NCBI GenBank assembly: GCA_964035545.1
Contig: OZ037773.1
Coordinates: forward strand, 6,663,751 to 6,727,750
DNA from: Bugula neritina
Taxonomy: Eukaryota > Animalia > Bryozoa
Length of the DNA stretch: 64,000 bases
Reading direction: 5' to 3'
Of the stretch, positions 12,234 to 36,100 are shown piece after piece; the first letter of the stretch is position 1, and each line of letters starts with the position of its first letter. The notes beneath the pieces are model-generated. The model was not told the DNA's origin and did not search any database. It was given only the letters and a program-made list of their open reading frames with translations. Made by a program: the position numbers and the translations under genes.

Positions 12234-13906
12234 GGTGAGATATCAACATACAGATCACGTGTACAATACATGATCTTACTTTCTCTGTAAACCTACAGAT
12301 ATTGCTTCCATACGTTCTTAATTATCAAAATTGCTCGGTTTAGTGCTTAAATGTTCTTTTTACAGTATTTCAACAGTCTAAACAATTTTTTTGGTAATTT
12401 ATTACCAAGCTCAATGGTTTTGAAGGAAAAGTATGTAAAACAGTAAACATGTTTGTAACTTTATTCCTCATTGCCTCATTGTGTACTTGCAGAAGCTGTA
12501 TGTGAATTCACCTACTGGACAAAGACATACCCTGTTTGCGACACATGACTCCATATGCGATATTTGTATTCATCACACCTGTTTGCTCTGTTAGTAACTC
12601 TAAAACCCTAATATTGTGAATTTAGTAATTGAATTTTAGTTTGTTAGCTTTGTTTAATGTTTTTAGTTGTTAGTTTGTTTTGGTTAAAAAATTCTAATGT
12701 TGTTAACTTTGATGCATTTCATGCATCTGCTAAGATTGCAATAAAATTCTTAAAAAAAACAACTTGAAATTATTATTTTTTAACATAGTGATGTCATTAT
12801 TATTAAACCACATAAGTTATGAAATTGAATAATTAATATTTAATGAAATTTCTGAAAGTTTGGCATTAGAAATAAAAATAATTAAAATGGGGAACTGGGT
12901 AGGCAGAACCTCAATCATGATGTGCTTTTTTCCGAGTATATAAACAGCTTTGCTATTAAGCACAATTTATACTAAAAACATGCACTTTCAAAAGCAGAGA
13001 AAAATACACTTTACCTTCATTACATCCCAAAACTCCAGTTAACAGGAAAAATAATCATAATTATCCTTTATATAAGTACCATGACTACCATTAGATCAAA
13101 ACTAGAAATAGCCAAATGAGAATTTAACTACATATGTCTAACTTTTGGAGTTTTAAAGAGGGTGCATTATTAATTCATTATTACTTCAACAGCATATCCT
13201 CGAATATGACAATATGTGGTATATCTTGAGTATTGCTAAAATATATCAAGTCATATTTATTGAAATTCAATAAACATAAAACTTCCTACATGCAATAAGA
13301 ACATAACAACACAGGCTACAAGGTCAAAGCTTTTCTTCTGTTTGCTTAAAAATCTAAAATAACTTTGCTGAAGTTCTACTTGTAGTTTCAAGTAACTAAA
13401 TTTTGCATTACATAAAAATAGTTATTCTTTGAAATTAGGAGTTGTCATCTTTAGAGTGGAAACCAAAACAGTCTCTAGGAAAAGAAAAATACTATAATCC
13501 ATATCACAAGCAGTTAATTTTTTCCTTTTAGATAAAATCTTAAGCTAGCCTACTCAATTGTGTCGAGTTCTTCGTGTGCGTGTGCTCGCGAGTGAAGTAG
13601 AATATAGGGAATTTTCATATTTTTGGCACAGACCACAAAAACAAAATCAAATTTGGCATCACGAGAAAATATTCATCAAAGGATTTCCCGTTAAAGAGGT
13701 AATTTAGGGGCAAATAAAATCGTGCAGCCATTCCCAAATGACAAATATTTAAAGAGCTATAGATGCAGCTGTTCATCATTGCATCAATTACTATTTTACA
13801 TTCTAAATGGTGCGGAAAGGTTTCTGTCTGCCAAACATAACAGTGGTATGTGAGATATCTATTCAAACTGCCATAACTTGAAATCACAACTTTTGGTGCC
13901 TACCTA

Positions 13907-14601
13907 AGCTAACAGATCAGTAATTATCTGCAGCTAACAGAATATAGTATTTATCTGCAGCTAACAGAATATAGTATTTATCTGCAGCTAACAGAATATA
14001 GTATTTATCTGCAGCTAACAGAATATAATATTCATCTGCAGCTAACAGAATATAGTATTTATCTGCAGCTAACAGAATATAATATTCATCTGCAGCTAAC
14101 AGAATATAGTATTTATCTGCAGCTAACATAATATAGTATTTATCTGCAGCTAACAGAATATAATATTCATCTGCAGCTAACAGAATATAGTATTTATCTG
14201 CAGCTAACAGAATATAGTATTTATCTGCAGCTAACAGAATATAGTATTTATCTGCAGCTAACAGAATATAATATTCATCTGCAGCTAACAGAATATAGTA
14301 TTTATCTGCAGCTAACAGAATATAATATTCATCTGCAGCTAACAGAATATAATATTCATCTGCAGCTAACAGAATATAGTATTTATCTGCAGCTAACAGA
14401 ATATAGTATTTATCTGCAGCTAACAGAATATAATATTTATCTGCAGCTAACAGAATATAGTATTTATCTGCAGCTAACAGAATATAGTATTTATCTGCAG
14501 CTAACAGAATATAGTATTTATATAAACAGCTAACAGAATATAATATTCATCTGCAGCTAACAGAATATAGTATTTATCTGCAGCTAACAGAATATAGTAT
14601 T
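13907..14601. repeat. 27-bp minisatellite (ATCTGCAGCTAACAGAATATAGTATTT), ~25 copies
   Basis: Near-perfect tandem array with two unit variants and no spacers. Confidence 0.97.
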
Positions 14602-16502
14602 GACTTGTATACAGTATCATAAGTTTGTTACATCATCCCAGGGTAAATATGGTAGAAAGTCGTAGCATAGAGTAGCTAACATAACATTGCCTACAATTCT
14701 ATAAAAAGATGTAAACATTTAAAAGGGTGAAGCCTTTGCCACACCCTACTAACTACTTCCTTATACTGAGAATCTGACAGTCTGTTGCCAAAAATATCAT
14801 ATTACTACGCTTTGCTCTCTCTGCCTTGATTTTATTATGATGACTTTGCATAATCTTACATTTCATATCCATGGCTTGCGATGCACAACTCAATTTATTC
14901 AATCACTTATTTGCTGCCTTCTTGAATTCTAAACTATGACTGGTTTGGTTTAGAGCTTTATATAGAAGTAGAAAGTTTTATGTAACTTTGGTACCAATTG
15001 GCATCTCTATTATCTCAACTGTATTTTTAATTGCAAAGTATATTACCAAGTATTAAACATACTAAAATAGCTCAGAGTTTTTCTCACCTGGTGGCTGTAT
15101 AAATGTGAGGCACTCTGACTTGATTTGAGCGAACTTTACCAGATACAGAGTCTCCCAGCAAAAGTCTGCAAAGAATCTGCCTGAACAATGGAAGCAATTC
15201 TTGCTGCTGCTACTCCTTTTGCTGCTTTCGCTAAAAGTAGCCATAGAAATTATTAATTCACATATTATATGCATTTGATAAGTTGTATTTTTTATTCAGT
15301 TCACAACTCTTAGAAACTGAAAACAAATGTTACAAAACAAACCACATTTTCAGGTAATCATCGAAATTCATTTATGTAGTAAGAATAATCTGGTGAATTT
15401 CAATGATTTTTTAGGAACCATCTATAGTTGCAGAGATTAAAACTACTGCTTATGCATATCAATTGAAGTCCATCATGTTTCATAGCATCTTTCCATTTTA
15501 AAACAAACGAATTTTTTAATTTGCAAGCACAAGCGTTGCAAGCATCAGTTTACTTTGAACAGCACTAAATTCCTAAATATTCCTATATTAAAAATAGGAG
15601 TATATTTAGTTTTAACAACAGCTAAAGTTTTCCGCTGTTGTAGATTTCACAACTAGCCATTTGTAGGAAATGATGGATGCATCCTGTTTTGTAAATATTT
15701 TCCTTTTCCACAGTGCACAGGGAATATGAAAATTCCTGATTGAAGGTGATAAAAAGGGTTGTTGTTGCCAAAGATAGTATCAATACTAGCCATTAGTTCA
15801 GCTATTGCCAATGTAACCCAATTTCGCCTATCATAACATATCATCCTTTTACAGTAAAGTTTGTATTTCAAATTGTGGGACCGTTACACATAATTTACCC
15901 TTGACCCAAATAACAAGGTAACAGATGTTTTTCTGCTAGAATAAATTAACCTGGCCGTAGTATTAGTAACATTGTAACAAATTCCTAACTTGGATTGCAT
16001 TTTCAAGTAGATTAATTTTGTGCTAACCACTTGTCACCTCATTAAGCTTAAATTGAATTCTAAAAATAGAATCAGGCTTAGTTTGGTCTAGAGTACAGTG
16101 TTGCCTATTAGCTGAGTATTGCAGGCCATTAAATAGCTAGTATAGTTAAATTTGTTTATGCTATATTTTTGCAGTGAGGGAACAACGAAACGTAGTCTAA
16201 AAATCTTTAGTAATTCTCTTAAAGTATGAAATTTACATAAGGCTTAATGTTACTTTGAGACATTTTCTTAAAATTATGAAAAGTTTAGTGAAGCTGTGGT
16301 GATAAGTGAGAAAAAATAGTTCTATCATAAACAAACAGTGGCCAGACATCTAAGAAATCCTGCAAGTTGTAATTTAATTTTCAATCTATGCTTCAACTTT
16401 AGGGAAAACTAGCTATTTGCTTTGGGAATTTTAAGTTGTATCATAAAAAACTACTGCAAGTTTTTAGTTGATGTAAAAGGTTTTTGTTAAAGCAGGCTAA
16501 GG

Positions 16503-16642
16503 ATTTATTGAAATGAAGCACTGGAGCAATTATGACTGGATGCTCTTCCTAGAATGAGCATGTTAGCTAACATCACCAATGGCCTTTGTCAGGGCTCAAC
16601 CCCATGACCTCATGTTTACTAGGCAAATGCTCTAACCTCTAA
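16503..16642 (-). mobile_element. tRNA-derived SINE, degenerate copy of the family at 48808
   Basis: The reverse complement GGTTAGAGCATTTGCCTAGTAAACATGAGGTCATGGGGTTGAGCCC...CCATTGGTGATGTTAG...AGGAAGAGCATCCAGTCATAATTGCTCCAGTGCTTCAT aligns by eye with 48826-48935. Confidence 0.85.
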
Positions 16643-19600
16643 ATTTAAAAGAAAGACATTTATATGGATTGATTTACTTTATTTAGTACACACCAGCAAA
16701 TTGACAAGCATTTATGAAAATTCACAATTTGAAGTATATTTTCACATGTTGATTTAAAATCTGTATACAAGGAAACCTACTGAGAAGGTGCCCTGCAACC
16801 ATAAAGTTCAGATTTCTGGCAAACAAATTCATACAAAATAAAATTACAGAACGAGACCAATTATCCTTGTAAGCTATTTGACTTGAATTATGCCTATTAC
16901 ATGAAACAGTTTGTGTAGTTTGTATCTCGGAGAAAATAAGAAAATAGCTGTAGTGTTTGTAGATTTGAAGATGAAGCTCACACAATCATATAAAATAGAG
17001 TATATTTCTGATAATTAAATATGGTTCACTAACAGTGGTGAAAACATTATCACCAAAATTTGTCTCTTTTGACTAAAAATTTAACAGTAACTTTAAAAAA
17101 TGTCTAATTCTGTAATTTCATCAAACAAGATGTATATTAGGAGTTAGAATTTTATCAAATAGGAATATTTCTAATGTGTACTAAATAAAGTAAAGTGACC
17201 TTGTATAATTTGAATAAACTTTTTCCATTTAAAACATGAATCACTGTTGGTTTTACCTATAAGCATCAAAGTTGCGCGTCGAACCATTTATTTGTAAATA
17301 TTTTAACAACCAGTTTATGTGTTTTCGTCTGTAAATAAGAGTTTATTAATATAAACATTAAAATTTACTTTTAGGGACTGTAGTTTAATATGTTAGCTTT
17401 TGCAAGCAGAAAAACCCCTCTATGCATAGAAATATTTCAGTGTTAACAGACCCTTGATTTTTCCAATTGAATGATGACTCGTTTACAATCAAATTAGCAA
17501 TCTTTGTAGTGCACATATTTGACAGGCTTTGGCTATTAATAACTTCATTGCATAAATTAAACATCAAAACACATTTTTTTTCTTACCTTGTGTTAACTCA
17601 TAGTAGTTTTCCTCTACAATACTTTGTAAATTTTTTAACCTTCCATTTGGATTGCACCATCGGAATATTAATATTAATTTCCATTCATGTTAACAATCTG
17701 CTCCGCCCATTCTTGCTACACAAATGAAATCTAACTTGAATGGGATTCATTCTTGTTATGTATTTATATTTAATAAAAAGTTAAAGAATGATGTTTAGCT
17801 CTAATTCAAGTCAACTATTTAAAATTAGACTATCTACCTCAAAAATTTTTCTTGGCATTCTATGCATTAGTACTACATGCTATGTTTCAAAGCTTTCACT
17901 AGCTTGCATTTAGTTGTAGTTCTGTTTTGTTGACCTACAGCTGTGTTTATAATAACATTAGTTTGAAATTTATTTTACAAATTATAGCCCAAACATTTCC
18001 AAGCTGTTGATAACAATACGCCTCAATGTACCATATTTTTAAGCAATTTCTAAACATTTTTTTTTATTTTAATCACAAGTTTTATTATTCAATGAGTAAA
18101 CAGTAAACAAGAAATAACAATTCTATTGAGTCCAACATATTTTCAAGTTACTAACTAAATTAAAATCTTTACCAAGATGCTTCTGTAAACATAAATATTT
18201 TTTTCACAAACAAGACATATAGCTTCAACAAGCAAACTATTCAATATTGTAGAATTTATTGATTTAAATTATAATTTATCTATACTTTAATTTGGGTAGG
18301 ATTTGAGTATAGTTATTGTTAGGAAAAGATAACTCTGAAACATAGAACCTATCCTCATTTTGTTTTTGATGATTATTTTTGAAACCTTTGAATAGAGATA
18401 GGCAAAGATAATAGCTTTATTTACCTCTTCAACAGAATATTATAACCTATAAGTATATATTTGAAACAGAGTAAATCTCATCACATACAACGAAGAGTGA
18501 TAGATCTGGCACTTCTAAGATTTTTGCTCTGTTATGTATCGCCTACTCTCAATAATCTCTTATGATTATATTATGTAGATGAGCAAAAAGCTACCGGTGT
18601 TGCATTGACTGCAACTCCGCTGTATGTGTGACATATATGGCAAATAATATATAATGCAATATGTGTTATATAATAGAATACATAGATAGATGTAGCAAAA
18701 TAACATATTATAGCACAATGCAATGTAGTATATGGTACTCCATGGTTTTGAAAGTGTTGGTATAAGAGAGGTAGTTGAAGCAGCAGAAAAACTTTCCAGT
18801 TCTCTTCAATTTGTTACATATATCAGCAGAAGAGTTGAATAGACCGCAAAGAGCTTTTTGAAGAGGTCTTTGAAATAATATTATGTTGAAGTGTTAAGTA
18901 TTGATATGAGTATTTATCCCCAGTTATGGTTACTCCTTTCTCAGAATATGATTATAATTATAAGGTCTGTAATAATACAATTTCAACTGATTTCAACTAA
19001 TCTTTAAAGTGTTTATACAAATGGCTGGATAAAATCAAAGAATCTATCTACTCTAAAAAAAATTTAAAGCCTACAAAGCAATAGATGAATATTTCATCTC
19101 AGGTTATAAGCAGTGAGAAGATTACTCCTTAATTAGCAAATTCGGGTGGAAGTTGAAAACTTTTTAGAGAGATATGACTAGCATAAATACTTCAAATCTA
19201 AATCAGATGGTAAAACTAAGATATTATGAAAAACTATTATAAATTTTATCTTTATGCTTGTCTGTTAGGGTTTCATCCCAATTAAACTTTTCCTACTTCG
19301 TCGATTTTTTTATTTTGGTGCAATATATATAGCAAAATACAAATATAACTGTTGTATTTACTGCTAAACATGAAATAAGCTATTAAGCCAGCTATTTGCT
19401 TTAACTCAATACTAATTTAGCTACAGTTTATTTTACTCAGAATAACAGCTGGAATAACAGAATAAAATGCACAAATGCATTTCATTGTATATCGCATGCT
19501 GCTATATTACAACTTTTTCTTATTATATTTTGTCTATCTTTTACCTTCAAGTTTAAGGTTTGTGCAAGATGGCTTCTTATAGAAGCATTATTACTGTAAG

Positions 19601-20650
19601 TGGTTTGCTGGTGGCTTCTTTGCTTTCTATTAGTATTGTGTTAAATAATAGCATAAAATACATATATTACACTAAAATCTATAAATATTGTTTAAGTGGG
19701 AAGCTTCTATGTGGGAAATATCACATAATGTCTAACTGGTAATCATCTAAGTGGGATGACACCATCTGTTAGTTATTCTTTAACTTGTTACTGAAATGAA
19801 AGAATTTGCTAGTACGATAAATGGTAAAAGATTTCCAATGTTTAGTAAAACACTAAAAAGGTCAATTAAGTTAAGTTTTTGTTATCTGCATGGCATACGC
19901 TGAATGTGAAACATAAATCTATATGAAAGACTTAATAAATTCTTGTGCTTTGTATACTAGTATGTAGAAGCACTTAGTAATTTGCCACCATCTATATATA
20001 TAATAATTTCCCTATTTGGTAAAAAATCATGTTGGTTGTTTCTAGTTTCTACTAAGTATATTTGTAATTATCTACCAAATCAATAATTTATTTTCTACTG
20101 TCATTCAAATACTCCATCAATTAAAAGCTTAAATAATATATTCTGCAAATTCTAGTTGACAAAGCATTCCTGAATTTTTCTAGGCTAATACCAACAAAAG
20201 ATTAAGGTCTAATATAAAATTTATCAATAATTCTGTGTGATATAAACATGGAAAACTGAAAAAAAATACTATTATGATTTCAATAAACCTAGCAAGGCAT
20301 TTGTGAACAAAAAACTGAATTTATAATTTGACTATATTTCTAGCTGGCTTTACACATAATTTCAATATTGGAAACAGACTGTAATAATTTATATAGAATA
20401 AAAAAATGCTCAAACAATTCCCTTTTCATTTTTAAATCTACTGAAATCTAGATATTTAATGCATGAAAGATTAAGTTACTGATTTGGATGCTTTCCTATT
20501 GGTTGCCTACCAAATAGATATGAAAAAATCAGCTGACAAATTGATTGACCTAAAAGAATGTAGATTACTATTTGGATCATTTCTAACGAATTGAAGGTCA
20601 ATCTATCAAAATCTTATTGAAGACTTGTAGCGTTTGAAGGCTCTGAAAAT

Positions 20651-31189
<10,539 letters not shown>

Positions 31190-32461
31190 TCTAGAAAATT
31201 CTGTTGGTTTTACAGAACAACTTGCAGTAATCTAAAAGCATATGAAATAATCAATTTTTATATTGCTTAAAAAATAAGCACTAGCTTTACAGCTTCCTTC
31301 CTTAAGTCTTAAAAAAATTGCCTATATTTATGCACTAAATGTACAATTTACACATCAATGGCTTTCTTTGTAAAAAATACTTAATATAAATTATAATTAG
31401 ATTAGTTAAAATAGTTACAACCTAAGAGAGTTTACGGTTAGCAAACTATTGCAAAGTGTTTATAAAAACTTACAATTTAGAATTTTCCTATGATATGTGA
31501 AAGCAAAACAAGGCAAGGCTTAAGAGGTTTAAAGAACAACCAATAATTACCCTTTGATTGCAAAATTTCTCAAATTAATAAATATTTTATGAAACAATTA
31601 GTTGTGAACAAATTTTTCAAACCAATAGTGTGATTCTGAAAATTTTAAAAATATGCAAGATTGGTAACCTACCAGGCCAGGATGAAGACTTCAACTCTTA
31701 CCAATAAGCTAGCAACATTTTGCATGATGCTATCTTCTGTAGGTATGTATGCATTTCATAAAGTAAATAAAATAGAGAAATGAGTGTTGCCTTATCTAAT
31801 GATAATAAGCTTTGAGCTTTAGCTATCTTTACTGTAGAAAAACTTAGCGATTTATTCAAAATGGAACAACAGACTGTGTTATCAGCCAACAGTGCAATAA
31901 GTAGATAAGGGGGTAGAAGTCTACATTAGTCGTCTGCAATAGTGAAGAATGCAGCATTGCAAAGTTTATAATTATAGTGACAAAAAGTGCTTCTTTATCT
32001 TCAAATTTTATTGTGATTATAATAAGACACAATTCAATTTTTTTTCAATAAAAAAGGTCTATGATAAAAAATAAACAGTTTAGTAGCATTATTTGTCGTA
32101 AAATTGTTTCACAAAATAATTTCAAAAAGAATAATTCTACGTAAATTACTGGGATTGTTACCACTACATATTTTCAAAACAAACCTGAAACACATTTAAG
32201 ACACAAATAAAGATACAAGTAAGGTTGAAAGTTGCGACTAAATGTTTCATAATAACCACCCAGTGAGGGGAATGTTAATATAACCCAGCTAGTTCTGAGG
32301 GGAATGTTAATATAACCCAGCTAGTTCTGGTCACTCCTCAACTACCACACTATCTGCTCTGAATTACACCACTGAGTTCTGTATAAAGAGCTGGTATCTT
32401 GGTTCCTTGCCTCTTTGATGCTGAGCCTCAAGTAAATTGCACATTGTAGCGCCACATCTCT

Positions 32462-32960
32462 TCATGACAAAGGCTCCGACGTGTAAAACAAAGTGTAGAC
32501 ATTTCTACTCAATACATCCCCAAACCTTCTACAAATGTTGAAATCACACATGTTTACCAGATGAAACAGACATTTTACTATAGAATTCTTTCCATGATTG
32601 GCCACCAACGAAGACTTTGAGAATTGTTTTCCGGCAAACTAAAGTTTTGATACCGAAGAACTGCATTAGATTTGGAAAAAATTACATGAATTGACTGTTT
32701 TAGATGCTGTTTGAGTGATTGATACAAAAAGTTGATTCGTTGAAGCTAAACAGATATTATTTCAAATTTGGATTTATATAAATCACTTTGTTTCGTTGAT
32801 TAAAAATAATTTACAAAATCCTGTACGAAATTGAGTTTACCTGCCAGCAGCACCTGACTTTATGGAGCTCAGCAGTTTCACTCTCTCTGCTTCTGAACGA
32901 GCGTTTCTGTAGGCTTCTACCAATCTAAAACAGTAGTAGTAGTAGTAGTAGTAGTAGAAT

Positions 32961-33001
<41 letters not shown>

Positions 33002-33040
33002 CTAGTAGTAGTAGAAGTAGTAGTAGTAGTAGTAGTAGTC

Positions 33041-33076
<36 letters not shown>

Positions 33077-33077
33077 C

Positions 33078-33131
<54 letters not shown>

Positions 33132-33132
33132 C

Positions 33133-33179
<47 letters not shown>

Positions 33180-36100
33180 CAGTAGCGGTAGTAGTAGTAG
33201 TAGTAGTGATAGTACTATTTGTAGTACTATCACTCACGCAGCTAAAGTTGGGTAGAGTTCGACTATCCTGCAAGCCTTTTCCAAAGAGAGGCCAGGAACA
33301 CACATCAACATCCTCTTCCAACACTCGCCCGCTGTCGGTGGTTTGCTCTTTGCACCGGCAGCATTGAAGTCAGAATAGACGATGTGACACATCTCGACAT
33401 CAGCAGAGTCAAACTGGACGTGAGGCAGCGAGTCTTGAGAGAAGACGTGAATAGTCTTAGCCTGGTAGAGTGTGACCAGCTGACGATGTAGGAGGGTGAC
33501 GTATGCGATACAGTCCTTAATATTGTCACACCTCTTTACAAAGAACTCATCTATCACCTGCAGCAGTGAAGTATAGAAACAAACATTAAAATAAAATTCA
33601 TATTGGCTCCATCGAGAAATAGCCTGGCTTTGTCAAAGAATTCTATTTTGATCAATCCTGGGTCACAGGCTAAGATCAGTTGTTACATGTCTCACTTTAC
33701 TAGATTGATGTCACATGTGACGTGTCACTAGATTAATTGTCATGTGATGATCACTGATTTTGTACACTAGTCCTCACATATGTTATTATATATAAAAATT
33801 GTAGATAACTATCAAGATATTAATCTGATGATACCAGCTACACAGTATATATGTATTCTCCATGGTTACCAAGAACTGACATTAAGAGCACTTGACGCCA
33901 CTTGTCATGTTATTATAGCTACTACTACAAAGCCTGTAGTACCTGAGTGTTCATCACAGCCTGGTGGAGAGCATCTTCTTTTATCTTCTCGTTAGCCTGA
34001 GTTTTATAATACTCCACAAGGTAGATGGGCTTACGAAGTTTAGAGTTCTTCATCCTCAGCTATCGTGATGACATGAGATTTGTTAAACAGGATGTTAACA
34101 TTGTGTTATTAAGCTAAACTAGTGGAATAGTTGATGTATTGATTGAAATTATAAGCAATTCCTGGAAAATGTAACTCAAGTTGAATGCTGATTAGCTAGA
34201 CATGCCTTTGATAAAGACCATCTTCAGCTGCACAAGCATAGAGTAAAGTGTAACAAGTATGATATACAAAAAATAGATTTAGGGTTAAATATAGTATAAT
34301 ATAAAGGTACACAGTTTACCTTCTGCTCTTTATATCTGCCATCTGTTATACTACCAGCTAGGTCATCCATACGCTTTCTCTCGATAATGTAGTCTAGTAC
34401 AGCCTCTCTCTGATCTCCTTTCACATAGGATAAATTTAGAAATAAGACTTGCTAACAGAAACTGTAAAATGTCTGCCTGTCATAAGTATGAGTCTGACAT
34501 GAAGAGGATTTGCATGAAAATCAAATGTAAAAACTCATGTCAATCAGAAAGACCATTTCTTGTAATAAAGTATTTGAAAATCTAATAAATTTAATATGAT
34601 GTCATTGAGAAGGCAGGTGATCACAAAATCATTTGCTTTTTCAGTCAGTCGCAAAACAAATTTTTCACTGAAAATATAAATACTTTAAATAAAAATACTA
34701 AAAGACATCTGGTCAAGCTAACAAATACAATACAAAAATAGACATAACCATTTTACGAAAAACTACGTAAAATCTTCAGGTCTTTCGATGAGGACGGGTT
34801 AAGTACTCACCCCCCTTCTCTCTCGCAATCCACACGAAATCTCCAACACTGAGAGGTCGAACGTCAAACATCACTTTGTTGGACACCAGAGCAGGGAGAA
34901 TGTATTGCTTGGCATTGCCGAGACTGCAAAGTAAACAAAGGCAGTAGCGTCAGCGAAGAGTCTACACAATTTTATTGCTACTATTAGTGGGAGTTGTGCT
35001 CCCTTAAGAAGACTTGTGCCACACTAAAGTGGGGCTGCATTGTTCAAAGAAATAATTAGTTTTTACACAGCAAACAATCTTTGTGAGAAGACAACTCTAT
35101 AGTTTAAAAAATAATTTACGATGCAAATTTGTTTACATGATAATCACTTTTCAATTTTTATTTTCTTACTGTAAGCACAGTGCACATTTTATACAAATCA
35201 CTAAATAATTTAATAGAATAATATAGATCTAACCCCATTGAGAAGAATAGTGATTGTAAGTATATACTATTATAATATAATGAAGAGTTGTAAGATAGCA
35301 TCTTGAAATTATCTCCACATGTATTATAACCAGACACAAGGTAATAATGTGTGCCCTTAGCCCCTTACCCATATCCATGTGCCCTTATCATTATTTTGTG
35401 ACTGTTTTTGACATTTTATTGCATCATAAAGTTGGCACTCACCCAAAATGCTCTCGATTGTCAACGATAAGGACAACTTCATACTCAGACGGTTTCAAGG
35501 TGAACAAAGGAGCAGCCTTGTCTCTTGTGTCAGTCACTGATTTATTGTTGGGCCCTGCAAAAGGAGCTCCGACTGAACTCGCGGTACTTAAGCTATTTGA
35601 GGTTTCCGTACTGCTTGTTGCAGCTTGTTGGATGTCACCCTAAAATATAATAACTCTATATTAGAGTATTGCATCTGCACTTTTTACTGCAGAATATCTG
35701 CGATGCAGATATTCTGCAGTGCGGATATTACAAAGTGCAGAGAGTATGCAGAAGAAAAGGTCTTGCAGCAGCCTCAATGCATGAGATATGAAAATTCAAG
35801 CTAATTCACTTAATATCTACAGCCACGTCTGCTAGAATATTGTGGAATACTCTACAACTCAGCATGCAGTAAACAACATAACAATGAACAGAGATGAGGG
35901 TATACTATCAGCTACTAAGACTATAACCTATGTTTTACTGTGAAGACAGGTCACAATGAAAATCAACATTCTACACTGCACACCTCAGTTTATTTGTAAG
36001 AAGTCTTAGTCTAAAATCCTCAATTCTATTCGTAATAAAACTAGACTAAGTACCTGAATACTAGCTAGGCTGGTTGATGTGATTGCCCGCTGCTTACTAA

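Noticed and set aside
13907-14601. CRISPR-like array
   Set aside because: Head-to-tail repeats without unique spacers, no cas genes, eukaryotic context.
32917-33324. Mucin-like poly-Thr and poly-Leu ORFs
   Set aside because: The (TAG)n repeat lies inside a MUS81 intron bounded by canonical splice sites.
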